A DNA stretch of 39,324 nt from a virus (Duplodnaviria; Caudoviricetes), in IMG/VR virus record IMGVR_UViG_3300032272_000039, positions 1 through 39,324 of that record. One strand, 5' to 3'. Below are positions 24,348 to 33,909 of the stretch, in pieces. How positions within the stretch are numbered: the first letter of the stretch is position 1; each line of letters starts with the position of its first letter. The notes below the pieces were generated by a model that was not told the DNA's origin, did not search any database, and worked only from the letters and a program-made list of their open reading frames with translations. Position numbers and translations under genes: made by a program.

Positions 24348-24997
24348 TGTTAGTTTACAACATGGAGCAAGGAACGGACGAGTGGCTGGAAGCTCGCAAA
24401 GGCGTATTCACCGCATCTCAAATGGGAATATGGGTGACGAAGGAGAAGCGAACGAAGACCGACGACAAAGCCGCATTTGCATCAATATGCAAAACCTTGG
24501 CTGAACTCTCAGGCTGTGAGATGGCTCCGGTATTTCCTAATTGGGCGATGAAGAGAGGGACAGAACTTGAGCCTTTGGCAAGAGCCGCATTTCAAGAGGA
24601 GTCCGGCCTTGATGTCGAAGAGGTTGGATTCTGCGTTCATGACAATGGAGGTTTTGGATGTTCACCTGATGGTTTCACCAATGATCGAAAAGGCTTGGTT
24701 GAGATCAAATGCCCACTACCTGAAACGCATGTGAAATACACGCTTAATCCTGAGTCGTTCGTTGATACATATAGAATTCAGATTCACATGCAAATGGCAG
24801 TGACTGGCGCCGACTATTGCGATTGTTATTCGTTTTGCCCGTTGCTTCCTTCAATGCTACTAAGGGTCGAGAGAGACGCATTTACAGAAGATTTGTTGCG
24901 CGGTCTCATTCGTCTTGCTGACGAGTTCAAAGAGTATAAAAAGGAGATGGCTGCGAAATGGGCAGAAATGAAGAAGAGAATAGAGGAGAAAGTTTAA
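24347..24997 (+). CDS. YqaJ/lambda-type exonuclease
   Basis: QGTDEWLEARKGVFTAS, RGTELEPLAR, GCSPDG, VEIKCP and QIHMQM motifs. Confidence 0.95.
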   Translation: MLVYNMEQGTDEWLEARKGVFTASQMGIWVTKEKRTKTDDKAAFASICKTLAELSGCEMAPVFPNWAMKRGTELEPLARAAFQEESGLDVEEVGFCVHDNGGFGCSPDGFTNDRKGLVEIKCPLPETHVKYTLNPESFVDTYRIQIHMQMAVTGADYCDCYSFCPLLPSMLLRVERDAFTEDLLRGLIRLADEFKEYKKEMAAKWAEMKKRIEEKV

Positions 24998-25001
24998 GAT
25001 T

Positions 25002-26087
25002 ATGAATACAGAAACACAAGAAGCACCAAAAACAGAAACAGCATTGACGCTTAAGCACGCGATGCTCTCAACAGAGTTCAAGCCGACTGAGGCATCTCGG
25101 TTCCTTGATCTGATCGACGAGGAGGTAATAAAGGAAGTTTGCGACGTAACCACAAAGAAAGGACAAGCCCGTGAGAGATCGCTGTCGGCTGGCATAAGCT
25201 CTTTCAAGGTCCACATGAACAAGCTCGCCCTTGCGTCTATTGAGGAGCAAATGAAGACGGTCAAATCGACCAAAGCCTACCTTAAGGAGTTCAACGAGAA
25301 CTGCGATGAGCGACGCGACAAGCGGAAGGCTGCAACGCTTGAGTTTGAAGCGAAGGAGCAGGCTCGGAAGGATGCGCATCGGAATTTAATCTCTGGACTA
25401 GAGCAGGAGGTTCACATGCTTGAGAGCTTATCCATCGAAGAGCTAGAATCCAGAATGTCCATCATCGAAAAGGTGGATTTCGATTCGCTCGAAGAGTTCA
25501 AGGAAGAAGGCGCCCGTGTTGCCGCAAAATCGATAAGCCTAATTGCCCACCGCATCAACGCAGTTAAGGAGCAGGCCAAACAAGCCGCTGAGCTTGAGCG
25601 CCTGAAGAAGGTTGAAGCCGAGGCCCTGGCCGCAAAAGAGAAGCTTGAGCGGGAAGAGGCAGACCGCAAAGCCGAGGCTGCGAGAGTTGAGGCGGAGAAG
25701 GCTTTGGCGATCAAAGTGAAGGAAGAGGCGGAAGCTGAAAGAAAACGCCAGGAAGAGGCTGAGGCGAAGCGTAAAGAGCAAGAGCTTAAGCGGATCGAGG
25801 AAGCCAAGGCGGAAGCGATCAAGGCGGAACGCGAACGCATTGAGAAGGAGCAGGCTGAGATTGAGGCTGAGAAACGATGGGAAGCGGATCAAGCTGAAGC
25901 CAAACGGGTTGCGGCAGCTCTGAAAGAAGCCGAGCGGAAAGCCGATGAGGATCACCGTAGGAAGGTGCGATACGAAGCGTCAGACGCACTTCAGAGCCAA
26001 TTCGAAGGAATGACGCCCAATGAATCGAATGCTATCCTTGACGCGATTGAAAAGGGACAGATCCCGAATGTCACTCTGAACTTCTAG
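25002..26087 (+). CDS. Long Glu/Ala/Lys-rich coiled-coil protein
   Basis: 361 aa; DVTTKKG near the N-terminus and AIEKGQIPNVTLNF at the C-terminus, typical of proteins near phage recombination genes. Confidence 0.8.
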   Translation: MNTETQEAPKTETALTLKHAMLSTEFKPTEASRFLDLIDEEVIKEVCDVTTKKGQARERSLSAGISSFKVHMNKLALASIEEQMKTVKSTKAYLKEFNENCDERRDKRKAATLEFEAKEQARKDAHRNLISGLEQEVHMLESLSIEELESRMSIIEKVDFDSLEEFKEEGARVAAKSISLIAHRINAVKEQAKQAAELERLKKVEAEALAAKEKLEREEADRKAEAARVEAEKALAIKVKEEAEAERKRQEEAEAKRKEQELKRIEEAKAEAIKAERERIEKEQAEIEAEKRWEADQAEAKRVAAALKEAERKADEDHRRKVRYEASDALQSQFEGMTPNESNAILDAIEKGQIPNVTLNF

Positions 26088-26089
26088 CC

Positions 26090-26719
26090 GTGATCCTTCG
26101 AACAATCAAAGGCGCTCCAGGTTCAAAGCTTGAGAGCGCTTTTACAGACAAGATCGAGAAGGGACTAGCTCTAGGGCTGGTCCTCAATCAAAGCCTCACC
26201 ACGACGCACGTAATGGGTGATGAGCTTGTTTACTCTCTCGTCTTCCAGGACAAGAAGAAGCTATCGAGTCCCAGAGCTGACAAGAAGGTAAAGGAAAACA
26301 CGGAAACAGAAAGAATTCTTATGCAGTGTTTCGGAACCAGATTCATCGACGAAAACCAAAGTCGCAAAATCAAGGAGTCGCAGATAACCGTTGAGGACGC
26401 CAAGCAGATTTTGCAACTCTACCAAAACACGAAGCACCTCGACAAAGAAGATCGGAACGCAATGGCAATGAAAACGACATTTGCAATCATGGTAAACAAC
26501 CTGGGATCTATGCTCGAAGTTGCGACCGCATACAACGCGAAGCACAAGCCGAGAGCAGAGAAAAAGGAAGAGGCAAAGATTCCAGAGCCTCAAGCAGACT
26601 GGAGAGGGATCGCAAACGAGATTTACCCGATGAAGGGAATGGATTATTGGCAGGACGCAAACTGGCAATCGCTAGCCACATCAAACGGAGTGCAAAAGGA
26701 GATTATTGAAAACTTATGA
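26090..26719 (+). CDS. Hypothetical protein
   Basis: 209-aa ORF with a GTG start in the operon. Confidence 0.7.
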   Translation: MILRTIKGAPGSKLESAFTDKIEKGLALGLVLNQSLTTTHVMGDELVYSLVFQDKKKLSSPRADKKVKENTETERILMQCFGTRFIDENQSRKIKESQITVEDAKQILQLYQNTKHLDKEDRNAMAMKTTFAIMVNNLGSMLEVATAYNAKHKPRAEKKEEAKIPEPQADWRGIANEIYPMKGMDYWQDANWQSLATSNGVQKEIIENL

Positions 26720-27126
26720 AAATAACGATAACAGAAAAACGAGAAGTTGAAATCAAGGCTGTGCGAATAGAAGCACCCTTTCGTCACATTGGAGACGATG
26801 AAGACTCCGATGTTCCAAACGATTTCCCATTACTGAAGGGAAAAGTTTGGCATGCTACAATTGATCTGGATACTCACAAAATTCGCGACTGGCCATTGGG
26901 TCAAATGAGGAGTCTTTACACAAAGGTCTGCGATGCGGGCAGCTACTACCTGTTAGATGAAAACGAAAAGGTTGTCACCTCAATCAATCAGGATTATGTC
27001 CCCAATAATCTCATACCTGGAGAATGGGGAGATTACATTGAAATGATAATCGAAGGTGACGGGACCATTAGCAACTGGTCGGGGATTGCAGATTTTAGCG
27101 ACTTCGAAGAAAGGGAAGAGGATTGA
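26716..27126 (+). CDS. Hypothetical protein
   Basis: KVCDAGSYYLLD...YVP...GDYI...DGTISNW, a motif series seen in phage hypotheticals. Confidence 0.8.
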   Translation: MKITITEKREVEIKAVRIEAPFRHIGDDEDSDVPNDFPLLKGKVWHATIDLDTHKIRDWPLGQMRSLYTKVCDAGSYYLLDENEKVVTSINQDYVPNNLIPGEWGDYIEMIIEGDGTISNWSGIADFSDFEEREED

Positions 27127-27308
27127 GTCTCCCTAAAGACGCCCCCCGCTGCCTCGACCTGGATTGCAGACAACGAGGAACCTGCGTAAGATTCATCGAC
27201 CGCAAGAACGGAAAGAAACCACCGCTGATGACGCTGAATTCAAAACGTGAATACAGTTGCTTCTACTACATCAAAAACGAGAAAAATGAGATTTTGAAAG
27301 CATTATGA
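27123..27308 (+). CDS. Small Cys-rich protein
   Basis: D..RC....C..R..C.RF...C motif. Confidence 0.6.
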   Translation: MSLPKDAPRCLDLDCRQRGTCVRFIDRKNGKKPPLMTLNSKREYSCFYYIKNEKNEILKAL

Positions 27309-27442
27309 AGCCACCGCCTAAGAAGAAACGCAAAAAGAAGCACATGCGTCATAGCAATATGAATAACTCAAGAGCTGGTGATAGTAAAGCTGCTCAGATA
27401 ACTAATATACTCCGCAAGGAACGGAAACCGAAGAATCCTTAA
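27305..27442 (+). CDS. Small basic protein, 45 aa
   Basis: MKPPPKKKRKKKHMRH...; ATGA overlap; fills the gap in the operon. Confidence 0.45.
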   Translation: MKPPPKKKRKKKHMRHSNMNNSRAGDSKAAQITNILRKERKPKNP

Positions 27443-27452
27443 AACAAGCATT

Positions 27453-27908
27453 ATGAAGACCGACCACACAAACGCCTACTCTGTCGAGTTGAAGCTAAAA
27501 GCAGGAAGCAAAAACCCGGCCCTCTGGCTGCGAGAGATTCAAAGCAAGCTCAAAGGCGAGCCGCTAAACCTTCAGAAATGGATGGCTCAAATCATCGTGA
27601 ACCGATACCCAAGAGACGCCGCATACAATACCCCCCTTGATGAGTTCAGCGACCTTTTTGGAGGATGGCGGAACGAGTACACCGACGAGGATCAGGAGCG
27701 AGCATTTGCAAAACTCGGCTTGCCTTACGTGAAATCTGAGCATTACCGAAAGAAGAGCGAAAACAAGAAACTTGGCAGGAAGCCCGGCGCGAACAAACGA
27801 AGAGACACATTCGAAAGCCTACCCTACACCGTCGAGATGCACAGACGAGCAGAAGCCACAAGCGCCATTGCTTGGCATCAACAGCAAATGCAGGAGGCGG
27901 GAAAATGA
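27453..27908 (+). CDS. Hypothetical protein
   Basis: 151 aa, coupled to the next gene. Confidence 0.7.
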   Translation: MKTDHTNAYSVELKLKAGSKNPALWLREIQSKLKGEPLNLQKWMAQIIVNRYPRDAAYNTPLDEFSDLFGGWRNEYTDEDQERAFAKLGLPYVKSEHYRKKSENKKLGRKPGANKRRDTFESLPYTVEMHRRAEATSAIAWHQQQMQEAGK

Positions 27909-28096
27909 AATGGTTTGAGAAAGTAATTATATTTTTGATTATCGTGTGTCTTCTAAATGTAGCCTACTGGGGGTTTTCTGGATGGATGAGAAATGAAAAT
28001 ATATACGAAGAACTCGCCAAAGGCTGCGCGGTCACTTGTGCTTGCGGCATGATTGGCGCTATGGTTATGATATTAATTCAAATATTTGAAAAATGA
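27905..28096 (+). CDS. Small two-TM membrane protein
   Basis: Start reassigned to ATG 27905 (MKWFEKVIIF, ATGA overlap). Confidence 0.65.
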   Translation: MKWFEKVIIFLIIVCLLNVAYWGFSGWMRNENIYEELAKGCAVTCACGMIGAMVMILIQIFEK

Positions 28097-28488
28097 GAGC
28101 GCGTAAACCAAAAGAGGAATCGATTCAAATCGCAGTAAGCACATATTTGAAGATGGCTTACCCAAAGGTCATATTTACCGCTGAAAGCTCAGGGGTAAGA
28201 CTCACAATGGGTCAGGCAATGAAAGCCAAGAAACAACGCTCTCAACGCGGCTTACCTGATCTCATGATCCTTGAGCCGAATGGCAAATACGCTGGCCTGA
28301 TGATCGAGCTCAAGAGAGATGGGCAATCACCCTGGAAGAAAAAAGGAGGTTTGAAGGCTGGAGAACATCTAGAGGAGCAATTACATGCACTTCAGCAATT
28401 GACGATAAGGGGATACTACGCCAGATTTGCGGTTGGCTTTAACCAAGCGAAGGACATTATTGATTCATATATGAGGAACCAACTATGA
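28093..28488 (+). CDS. VRR-NUC domain nuclease (possible resolvase)
   Basis: EESIQ, GLPDLMI, GLMIELK, EQ and GYYA motifs. Confidence 0.88.
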   Translation: MRARKPKEESIQIAVSTYLKMAYPKVIFTAESSGVRLTMGQAMKAKKQRSQRGLPDLMILEPNGKYAGLMIELKRDGQSPWKKKGGLKAGEHLEEQLHALQQLTIRGYYARFAVGFNQAKDIIDSYMRNQL

Positions 28489-28940
28489 ACGCCGCACAGA
28501 TACACACGATCCTCTCACACGTCGAAATGTGCCTGCTTGATGGCTCTCAGGGTGAGCTTTGCGAGGCGGTTGGGATCTTACAGCACTCAGGGATCGAAAG
28601 CCACTCAAAGGCATCTGACGCGATCACGACTGTAAACTGGCTCAAGGATGGAGCCGATGTTGAGGAAGACGAAGACAGGCTTGTTTCCATGCACTTGATC
28701 AACGAGGATTTTGAGCTTCCGTTTTTCACGTTCCGGTCAATGAAGATGTCACCCGTGCCTTTTCATGGATTTGTATTCATGATCGCAAGACACGGAGATT
28801 TTAAATGGTATCTCGAATGGAAACTAGGTACTGGAAAAGCGGATCAGCACTTCCTGGGAAACAGTGAAGAAGAGGCTGATTTCATTTGGACGATTGAGGG
28901 CGCGGAATGTATGAGACTTATTGTTGATGGGGAAATGTAG
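28485..28940 (+). CDS. Hypothetical protein
   Basis: 151 aa with an ATGA overlap. Confidence 0.7.
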   Translation: MNAAQIHTILSHVEMCLLDGSQGELCEAVGILQHSGIESHSKASDAITTVNWLKDGADVEEDEDRLVSMHLINEDFELPFFTFRSMKMSPVPFHGFVFMIARHGDFKWYLEWKLGTGKADQHFLGNSEEEADFIWTIEGAECMRLIVDGEM

Positions 28941-29187
28941 CCACAAGCAAGGCTTCCAACTCGTCGAAGTAGAGAACCGCCTCTCTCAGGATATGGAGAA
29001 GGCGGATAGCTCAACGGTGAATCTCACATTTAATATAATGGGGAGAGCTCGATGCTTAGGCTGTGGAGCCATACTCAGAGAGCCTTTCTCATGGCATATG
29101 AATGTCGAGTTCGGCCTAAAGGTTCATCCCCAGTTTCAAAGCGATGACTTCGACGACGGGGAAGATCCGGAAGATAGCTACGTTTAA
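28921..29187 (+). CDS. Hypothetical protein with CxH and CxxC
   Basis: Last rightward ORF; its stop overlaps the convergent fibre gene stop. Confidence 0.55.
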   Translation: MLMGKCSHKQGFQLVEVENRLSQDMEKADSSTVNLTFNIMGRARCLGCGAILREPFSWHMNVEFGLKVHPQFQSDDFDDGEDPEDSYV

Positions 29188-30434
29188 ACCTCAGTTATGC
29201 AAACATTCGAAATAAGAACATCGACATTCCCCGTGCTGTCGTTGTTCGCGACCCACGTATTAACGGTGTCGTTTAGAGATAAAGTCTCTATTGTTTGACA
29301 AGCTAATGAAGTGGCTGTTGCGTTTTCGGTTTGGGCTTCGCTATCGGCTATGGTTGTTCCGTTTACCGCTATACGTTGGGCGATTTGGTTAACACCTCCC
29401 GTTGTCTTTTCCATTGTTGAAAATGCGGTTATTTTAAAGGTTCTGTCGATTTCGCCTATATAAGTGATAACTCCAGCAGTTGAAATAGTGAAGGATTCAG
29501 AGAGCTTATCGACCCAATTTGACCCATTGACTGCCACAAACACGCCAGTTGACGCAATCGTTACCGTTGTGCTAACGATCAATGTCGCCTCTGCTGCATG
29601 AAAGCTTTGGCGAACCCCTGGACAATCTTGAAAATCCCATCTTATATCTTCCCTAGTAATCCCAGAGAGTGGCGTCGTGATCCCTGTGAAATTATTATCC
29701 GAGACAAACGCCATATCCCCTGAAACGACATTAGCACTAGCCGCCGCCCCCGAAATTCCGGTTCCTGTACCGTTGAAGGAAATCTTCTCGAATCGGATAT
29801 TATCAAAAGTCGCTGTACCTAAATCGAACGTCTTAGAGGCTGCGTCGGCGTCGAATGAATTAAATGAACCCACCTCAAGGATTTCGATTCCTGTTCCTGT
29901 AAAACTAAAACCGTCATCATGCGCCAGGCTCGAAGAAAGACTAAGAATGAGATTCACCTGATCCAGATTCCCAAGCTTTGAACAAGATGTAATTGTTACT
30001 GATTCTACAAACAAAAACAAGAATGCCACCGTTGCGCTCATATCAAAAATCGTCCCGGTCGGAGCGTCTAAAGTTATATTCTTAACCGAAAAAGTTTTGT
30101 CAGCTCCGGTAAACATATTCCCAACTCCCGAGTATGATAGAGACGCTGAACCTGCCGATTCGCCAATTATAGCGCTGGATGATCCTACCGCGAAACGGTC
30201 GCTTGTTGATAGCGTATTCAAAACCTTATAGACGGTGTTTGCTTCAAGGGTGATTACGCCCGCTGCTGGAGCAGGGAAATCGGCCATCGAATTAACCGTC
30301 CTGACATTTGTTCCAATAATGGTTTCAAGAAGAACCTTATTCGATCCCTCCGCTGTGCTATCGACTGCAAAATATCTTGCTGTCGGGTCCGGGGATGCGT
30401 CTTCCGTTAATTCACTGATTCTTAACTCTGCCAT
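29184..30434 (-). CDS. Tail fibre/spike (receptor-binding protein candidate)
   Basis: 416 aa, Ser/Thr/Gly-rich and beta-helix-like; follows the tail tip gene. Confidence 0.75.
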   Translation of the reverse strand: MAELRISELTEDASPDPTARYFAVDSTAEGSNKVLLETIIGTNVRTVNSMADFPAPAAGVITLEANTVYKVLNTLSTSDRFAVGSSSAIIGESAGSASLSYSGVGNMFTGADKTFSVKNITLDAPTGTIFDMSATVAFLFLFVESVTITSCSKLGNLDQVNLILSLSSSLAHDDGFSFTGTGIEILEVGSFNSFDADAASKTFDLGTATFDNIRFEKISFNGTGTGISGAAASANVVSGDMAFVSDNNFTGITTPLSGITREDIRWDFQDCPGVRQSFHAAEATLIVSTTVTIASTGVFVAVNGSNWVDKLSESFTISTAGVITYIGEIDRTFKITAFSTMEKTTGGVNQIAQRIAVNGTTIADSEAQTENATATSLACQTIETLSLNDTVNTWVANNDSTGNVDVLISNVCITEV

Positions 30435-30449
30435 AATTCTAAATTCTCC

Positions 30450-32990
30450 TTATACGAAAACGAGCTGATCCCCGCCGTCTGTTACGATTGATTGTTTGAA
30501 TCCGTCTACCCAATTGTTACTGCCCATTACGCCGCTCTCAGTGATCCATGGCCCTTGAGCCGTGTTTACCCCTGCCACGCGAAAGTAAAGCAAGCCTGGA
30601 AGGATTGACGATGTGAGAGCTGGTCCCGTTGTTACGGCCTCGCTGCTCCAGTTTGTGTTGTCCGTCGAAACTTCGACGATGTAATACTGAGCTCCCAAAG
30701 CGATGTCCCAATTCAGTTGGACGATTGTTGGGTCGTCGATGTCTTGGCTGAGAGTCAATCCCGTCACCGTTGGAAGGTTCGGAATGCCTGCAGGAACGCT
30801 TGCCGCCGCAAGTGGTGGAGCTGTCCGGCTGTCGAAGGAGTACATTCGAGCATCGTAGTTTACCGCCGTGATGCTTGCCGTGTCGTCGTCTTTGCGATCT
30901 ATCGCAGTCACAAGCAACTCTTTGTAAATCTTGTTCGTCTCGCCGATGTAGTAAACGGGAGGCTCGTTCAGGTCGTTAAAAACAAAGTCGGTCTCGTCAA
31001 TGGTCGAAGCAGTGAGGACCTGGTAATCGTTGCCTGCTACTTTCGAACAAACGTAAGGCCCTTTGACCTCACCATATTTATCGCGAAACCCGATTGAGTT
31101 TATGGGGATGCCTGCCGTTGATTCGGTAAGCGTAACGGTGTTACCGCCTGAGATCGAAACGACTTGACCTGAGATTCCCCAGTCTGGCACGTCATGGCTG
31201 GCGACGATGTAATCCCCAAAGCTTGGAATATTGCCCTCAAGCCCGGTATCGAAGGTAACGATTTCGCGCTGGAGGATTTGCTGGTAACGAATGAAAAGCC
31301 CTTCTTGGTATGCCTTGTCTCGGTTCGTGATCCCTGGAAGCCTCAAAACTTGCATACGCAAGCCAGCATCGGAGCCAATCAAGCAATCGACTGTTTCCTG
31401 CTTTCGCGTGTCCTCATCCGCGTATTCGACCTGAATCCCGTCGTAGTCGTCTGGCTTCTGAAGTTGAATATCCCACCGAAAAGAACCAGAAACCATGTCG
31501 TCAGTTGAGAAGGCCATTACTGGAACGGTTCGGATCTGGTCCCGTACCGCGGAGAATTGAGTCAGGTTGATGACTGGCGCCGCTCGTCCGGCTCTTAGCG
31601 TCGTTTTCAGTGCCTCCCAAATCGTGGTCCTGGAATCAAATACCCAATCGAAATTTACGCTGTCGGTCGTGTAGCCGTTCGCGATGGTGAGCAATCCTGC
31701 AAGATCGAGTTTCGTATCTGCGAGATTCGCGCCGTAGACAGACCGCAAAATTTCGCAGTAAGCCCAAATAGGATTCCTCGTTGCCGTGTTCGCGCTCCAA
31801 ACCGATCCGTTCCATATTGGCAGCATTCGCGTTGCTGTGACGTTGTATTGGCTGCGAGTGTTGGAGTTCAGGTTGTTCGTTGCCCTGGCCTTCATCGCCA
31901 CAAGCGTAACGTCTCCGTAATCCTTGGTTGATGGCAGGATCGCTCGAAGCTGGAACCATTGAACGTCGTCGATCTTGTTCGTTTTCGTGGATGCGTTGTT
32001 CGTCCTCTTCGCTCGCACCTCATAACGCCCTGAAGAGACTGCAGTTGAAACGGTGAACCTTTGTATGGTCGTGGTTGCGAGCGTCTTGGTGAACGACACA
32101 ACGGTGTAAGAGCCTATCGGAGCCCCGCCGTCGTCAATCTCTCGATATTCAAAATCTGCCGTAACTGTAACGCTGTCCAATCCGCCGCCGCTGTTTTGCT
32201 CGAATAGTCCACGCGGGAAAACAACATCCCACTCAAGAATCGTCGTCACGGTTCCCGCCGCGTTAGCCGTGAATGGTCCGACGTATCCGCCGCTTGGGTA
32301 ATCCGGCTCATTTGGACCAAATAGCTCTACCGAAGATACCTCGCTCGATGTCTCCACGTTATCAGGAAAGAGCGTCACCGAATCGCCAGGAGCGTAAACC
32401 TCTGTTGTTATCTCTTCGAAGTTTGCAATTGCTGTATCGTCGATCTGCTCGACAAGAGATGCGTACTCTCCTTGGCCCAAGCAAAAGAGCTGGTAAAGAA
32501 ACTGATCGTTGTTTTCAAACTTGCTGTAAGGTCTTGCTGCGTAGGAGGGGAAGAGGCGATTGCGACCAAATGGGCACTCAATCGGCTCGCCAACCTTCGT
32601 TTGATTCTGCTGGCCCTTGATGAAGTAAACCGGGTCTCCCTGATCTGGCGAATCAAAGCCTGGTATGTCAATCGAGAGAGAGTAAATCAGAGAGGCGATT
32701 GTGACAATGGCCTGCCAGTATGTGCCGATGAATGCGAATATCGAAACCGGATCGCCCGCAAGAATCCTGAAATTTACTACGTCCTCATTCTCAAGCTCAT
32801 AGATTCCCCAATCCGACTGTTTGACTGGCTTGTTATTAACCAATGCTAAAACCGGGTACTCGTAAAAGTCGTCCTCGTGCTGCTTGCGACGTTCCACCCA
32901 TTCGGCAATCGTTCGCCCTGCCGGGTATGTGTGCAGGTTGTATTCCCTGCTTGGGTCAAATGGGTTCTTGCTCTCAACGATTACAGGCAT
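30450..32990 (-). CDS. Tail tip/host-specificity protein (lambda I/J-like) with C-terminal FnIII
   Basis: GEPIECPFGR, CLGQGEY, GRYEVRAKR, TRNPIWA, YDARMY and YFRVAGVN motifs. Confidence 0.9.
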   Translation of the reverse strand: MPVIVESKNPFDPSREYNLHTYPAGRTIAEWVERRKQHEDDFYEYPVLALVNNKPVKQSDWGIYELENEDVVNFRILAGDPVSIFAFIGTYWQAIVTIASLIYSLSIDIPGFDSPDQGDPVYFIKGQQNQTKVGEPIECPFGRNRLFPSYAARPYSKFENNDQFLYQLFCLGQGEYASLVEQIDDTAIANFEEITTEVYAPGDSVTLFPDNVETSSEVSSVELFGPNEPDYPSGGYVGPFTANAAGTVTTILEWDVVFPRGLFEQNSGGGLDSVTVTADFEYREIDDGGAPIGSYTVVSFTKTLATTTIQRFTVSTAVSSGRYEVRAKRTNNASTKTNKIDDVQWFQLRAILPSTKDYGDVTLVAMKARATNNLNSNTRSQYNVTATRMLPIWNGSVWSANTATRNPIWAYCEILRSVYGANLADTKLDLAGLLTIANGYTTDSVNFDWVFDSRTTIWEALKTTLRAGRAAPVINLTQFSAVRDQIRTVPVMAFSTDDMVSGSFRWDIQLQKPDDYDGIQVEYADEDTRKQETVDCLIGSDAGLRMQVLRLPGITNRDKAYQEGLFIRYQQILQREIVTFDTGLEGNIPSFGDYIVASHDVPDWGISGQVVSISGGNTVTLTESTAGIPINSIGFRDKYGEVKGPYVCSKVAGNDYQVLTASTIDETDFVFNDLNEPPVYYIGETNKIYKELLVTAIDRKDDDTASITAVNYDARMYSFDSRTAPPLAAASVPAGIPNLPTVTGLTLSQDIDDPTIVQLNWDIALGAQYYIVEVSTDNTNWSSEAVTTGPALTSSILPGLLYFRVAGVNTAQGPWITESGVMGSNNWVDGFKQSIVTDGGDQLVFV

Positions 32991-33375
32991 GGCGATAAAA
33001 TTCTATTCGTTTGTATTGCTTTTTGATGTCGTTGAGCGATTCGGCTTTTGCAGGTATGCCGTTTCCAACGTGCAAGATCAAGCCTCCATCGTTTTCAAGG
33101 AAAAGCCCTACGTGGTGAATGATGCTCTTTTTGCCAAGCCCTACCACGTCGAAGGCTTCAGGCTCGTCCACACGGGTCCACATATCGCCCTCAATCTCAT
33201 TTTCAGCCGTCTCTGATACTTTACGCAGATCCGAAGGCAAAACGAGGTAGAGAGGCAATGAGACGCCGAGGTAACGCTTGTAAAAGTCGTAAACCAAACC
33301 CCAGCAATCGAAGGAGTCAGGACCTCTCGCGCCTGGTTCCCATCTCTTGCCTAAATATTTCGTAACCCAATGCAT
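32974..33375 (-). CDS. NlpC/P60 tail assembly protein (lambda K-like)
   Basis: GARGPDSFDCWGLV...HHVGLF...ILH. Confidence 0.9.
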   Translation of the reverse strand: MHWVTKYLGKRWEPGARGPDSFDCWGLVYDFYKRYLGVSLPLYLVLPSDLRKVSETAENEIEGDMWTRVDEPEAFDVVGLGKKSIIHHVGLFLENDGGLILHVGNGIPAKAESLNDIKKQYKRIEFYRHACNR

Positions 33376-33378
33376 GGT

Positions 33379-33906
33379 CTATCCTCCTAATCCTGGGAAT
33401 CGGTCGCGCGTGTATCGCTCGTTTGGAAAGTCCTGGTTGAGAACGTCAACGAATCGAGCCCTCATGGTCGCAGTGAAAGCGGTTATGCTCGCTTCGACAA
33501 TTGTAAGCTCAAGCGGTGCCGTCTGTGCAGGCGCCGTGAGATCGTTTCCGAGGTAATAACGCTGCTTGATCGTCGTTGGAACCTGGCTGTTTCTGATCTT
33601 GTTGATGAAGAGACCGATCCGCCGATCCGTATTATCGACCGTCAAACTGAGCTCCTGGCTTCCACTCTCGCCTTGCTTCGGTCGGGTCAGTTTAAACGAA
33701 ACAGGCTCAAAGACATTCGTTGCCGCGTCCTCATCGGTAAGCGTCAATTCCTCCTTGTTGTTCACGAGGTAAAACGTGTCCGATGTTGCCGATGGGATGC
33801 CGTAAGCGTCCGGGTGATAAATCTCCACGGAGTCGATCACTGGAATGTTCTTAGTTGCAGAAGCAAAAGCCTCCCGCGTAGCATCCTTGTAATTGTCGTC
33901 AGGCAT
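33379..33906 (-). CDS. Minor tail protein (DUF1833-like)
   Basis: EAFASA, VEIYHP, LTVDN and FPNERYTRDRFPGL motifs. Confidence 0.85.
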   Translation of the reverse strand: MPDDNYKDATREAFASATKNIPVIDSVEIYHPDAYGIPSATSDTFYLVNNKEELTLTDEDAATNVFEPVSFKLTRPKQGESGSQELSLTVDNTDRRIGLFINKIRNSQVPTTIKQRYYLGNDLTAPAQTAPLELTIVEASITAFTATMRARFVDVLNQDFPNERYTRDRFPGLGG

Positions 33907-33909
33907 TTT

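Noticed and set aside
25068-25955. Minus-strand ORFs over the coiled-coil gene, and similar shadow ORFs over terL, portal and tail genes
   Set aside because: They are antisense or off-frame shadows of well-supported genes and have no motifs of their own.
29184-30434. Diversity-generating retroelement target
   Set aside because: No reverse transcriptase and no template/variable repeat pair were seen.
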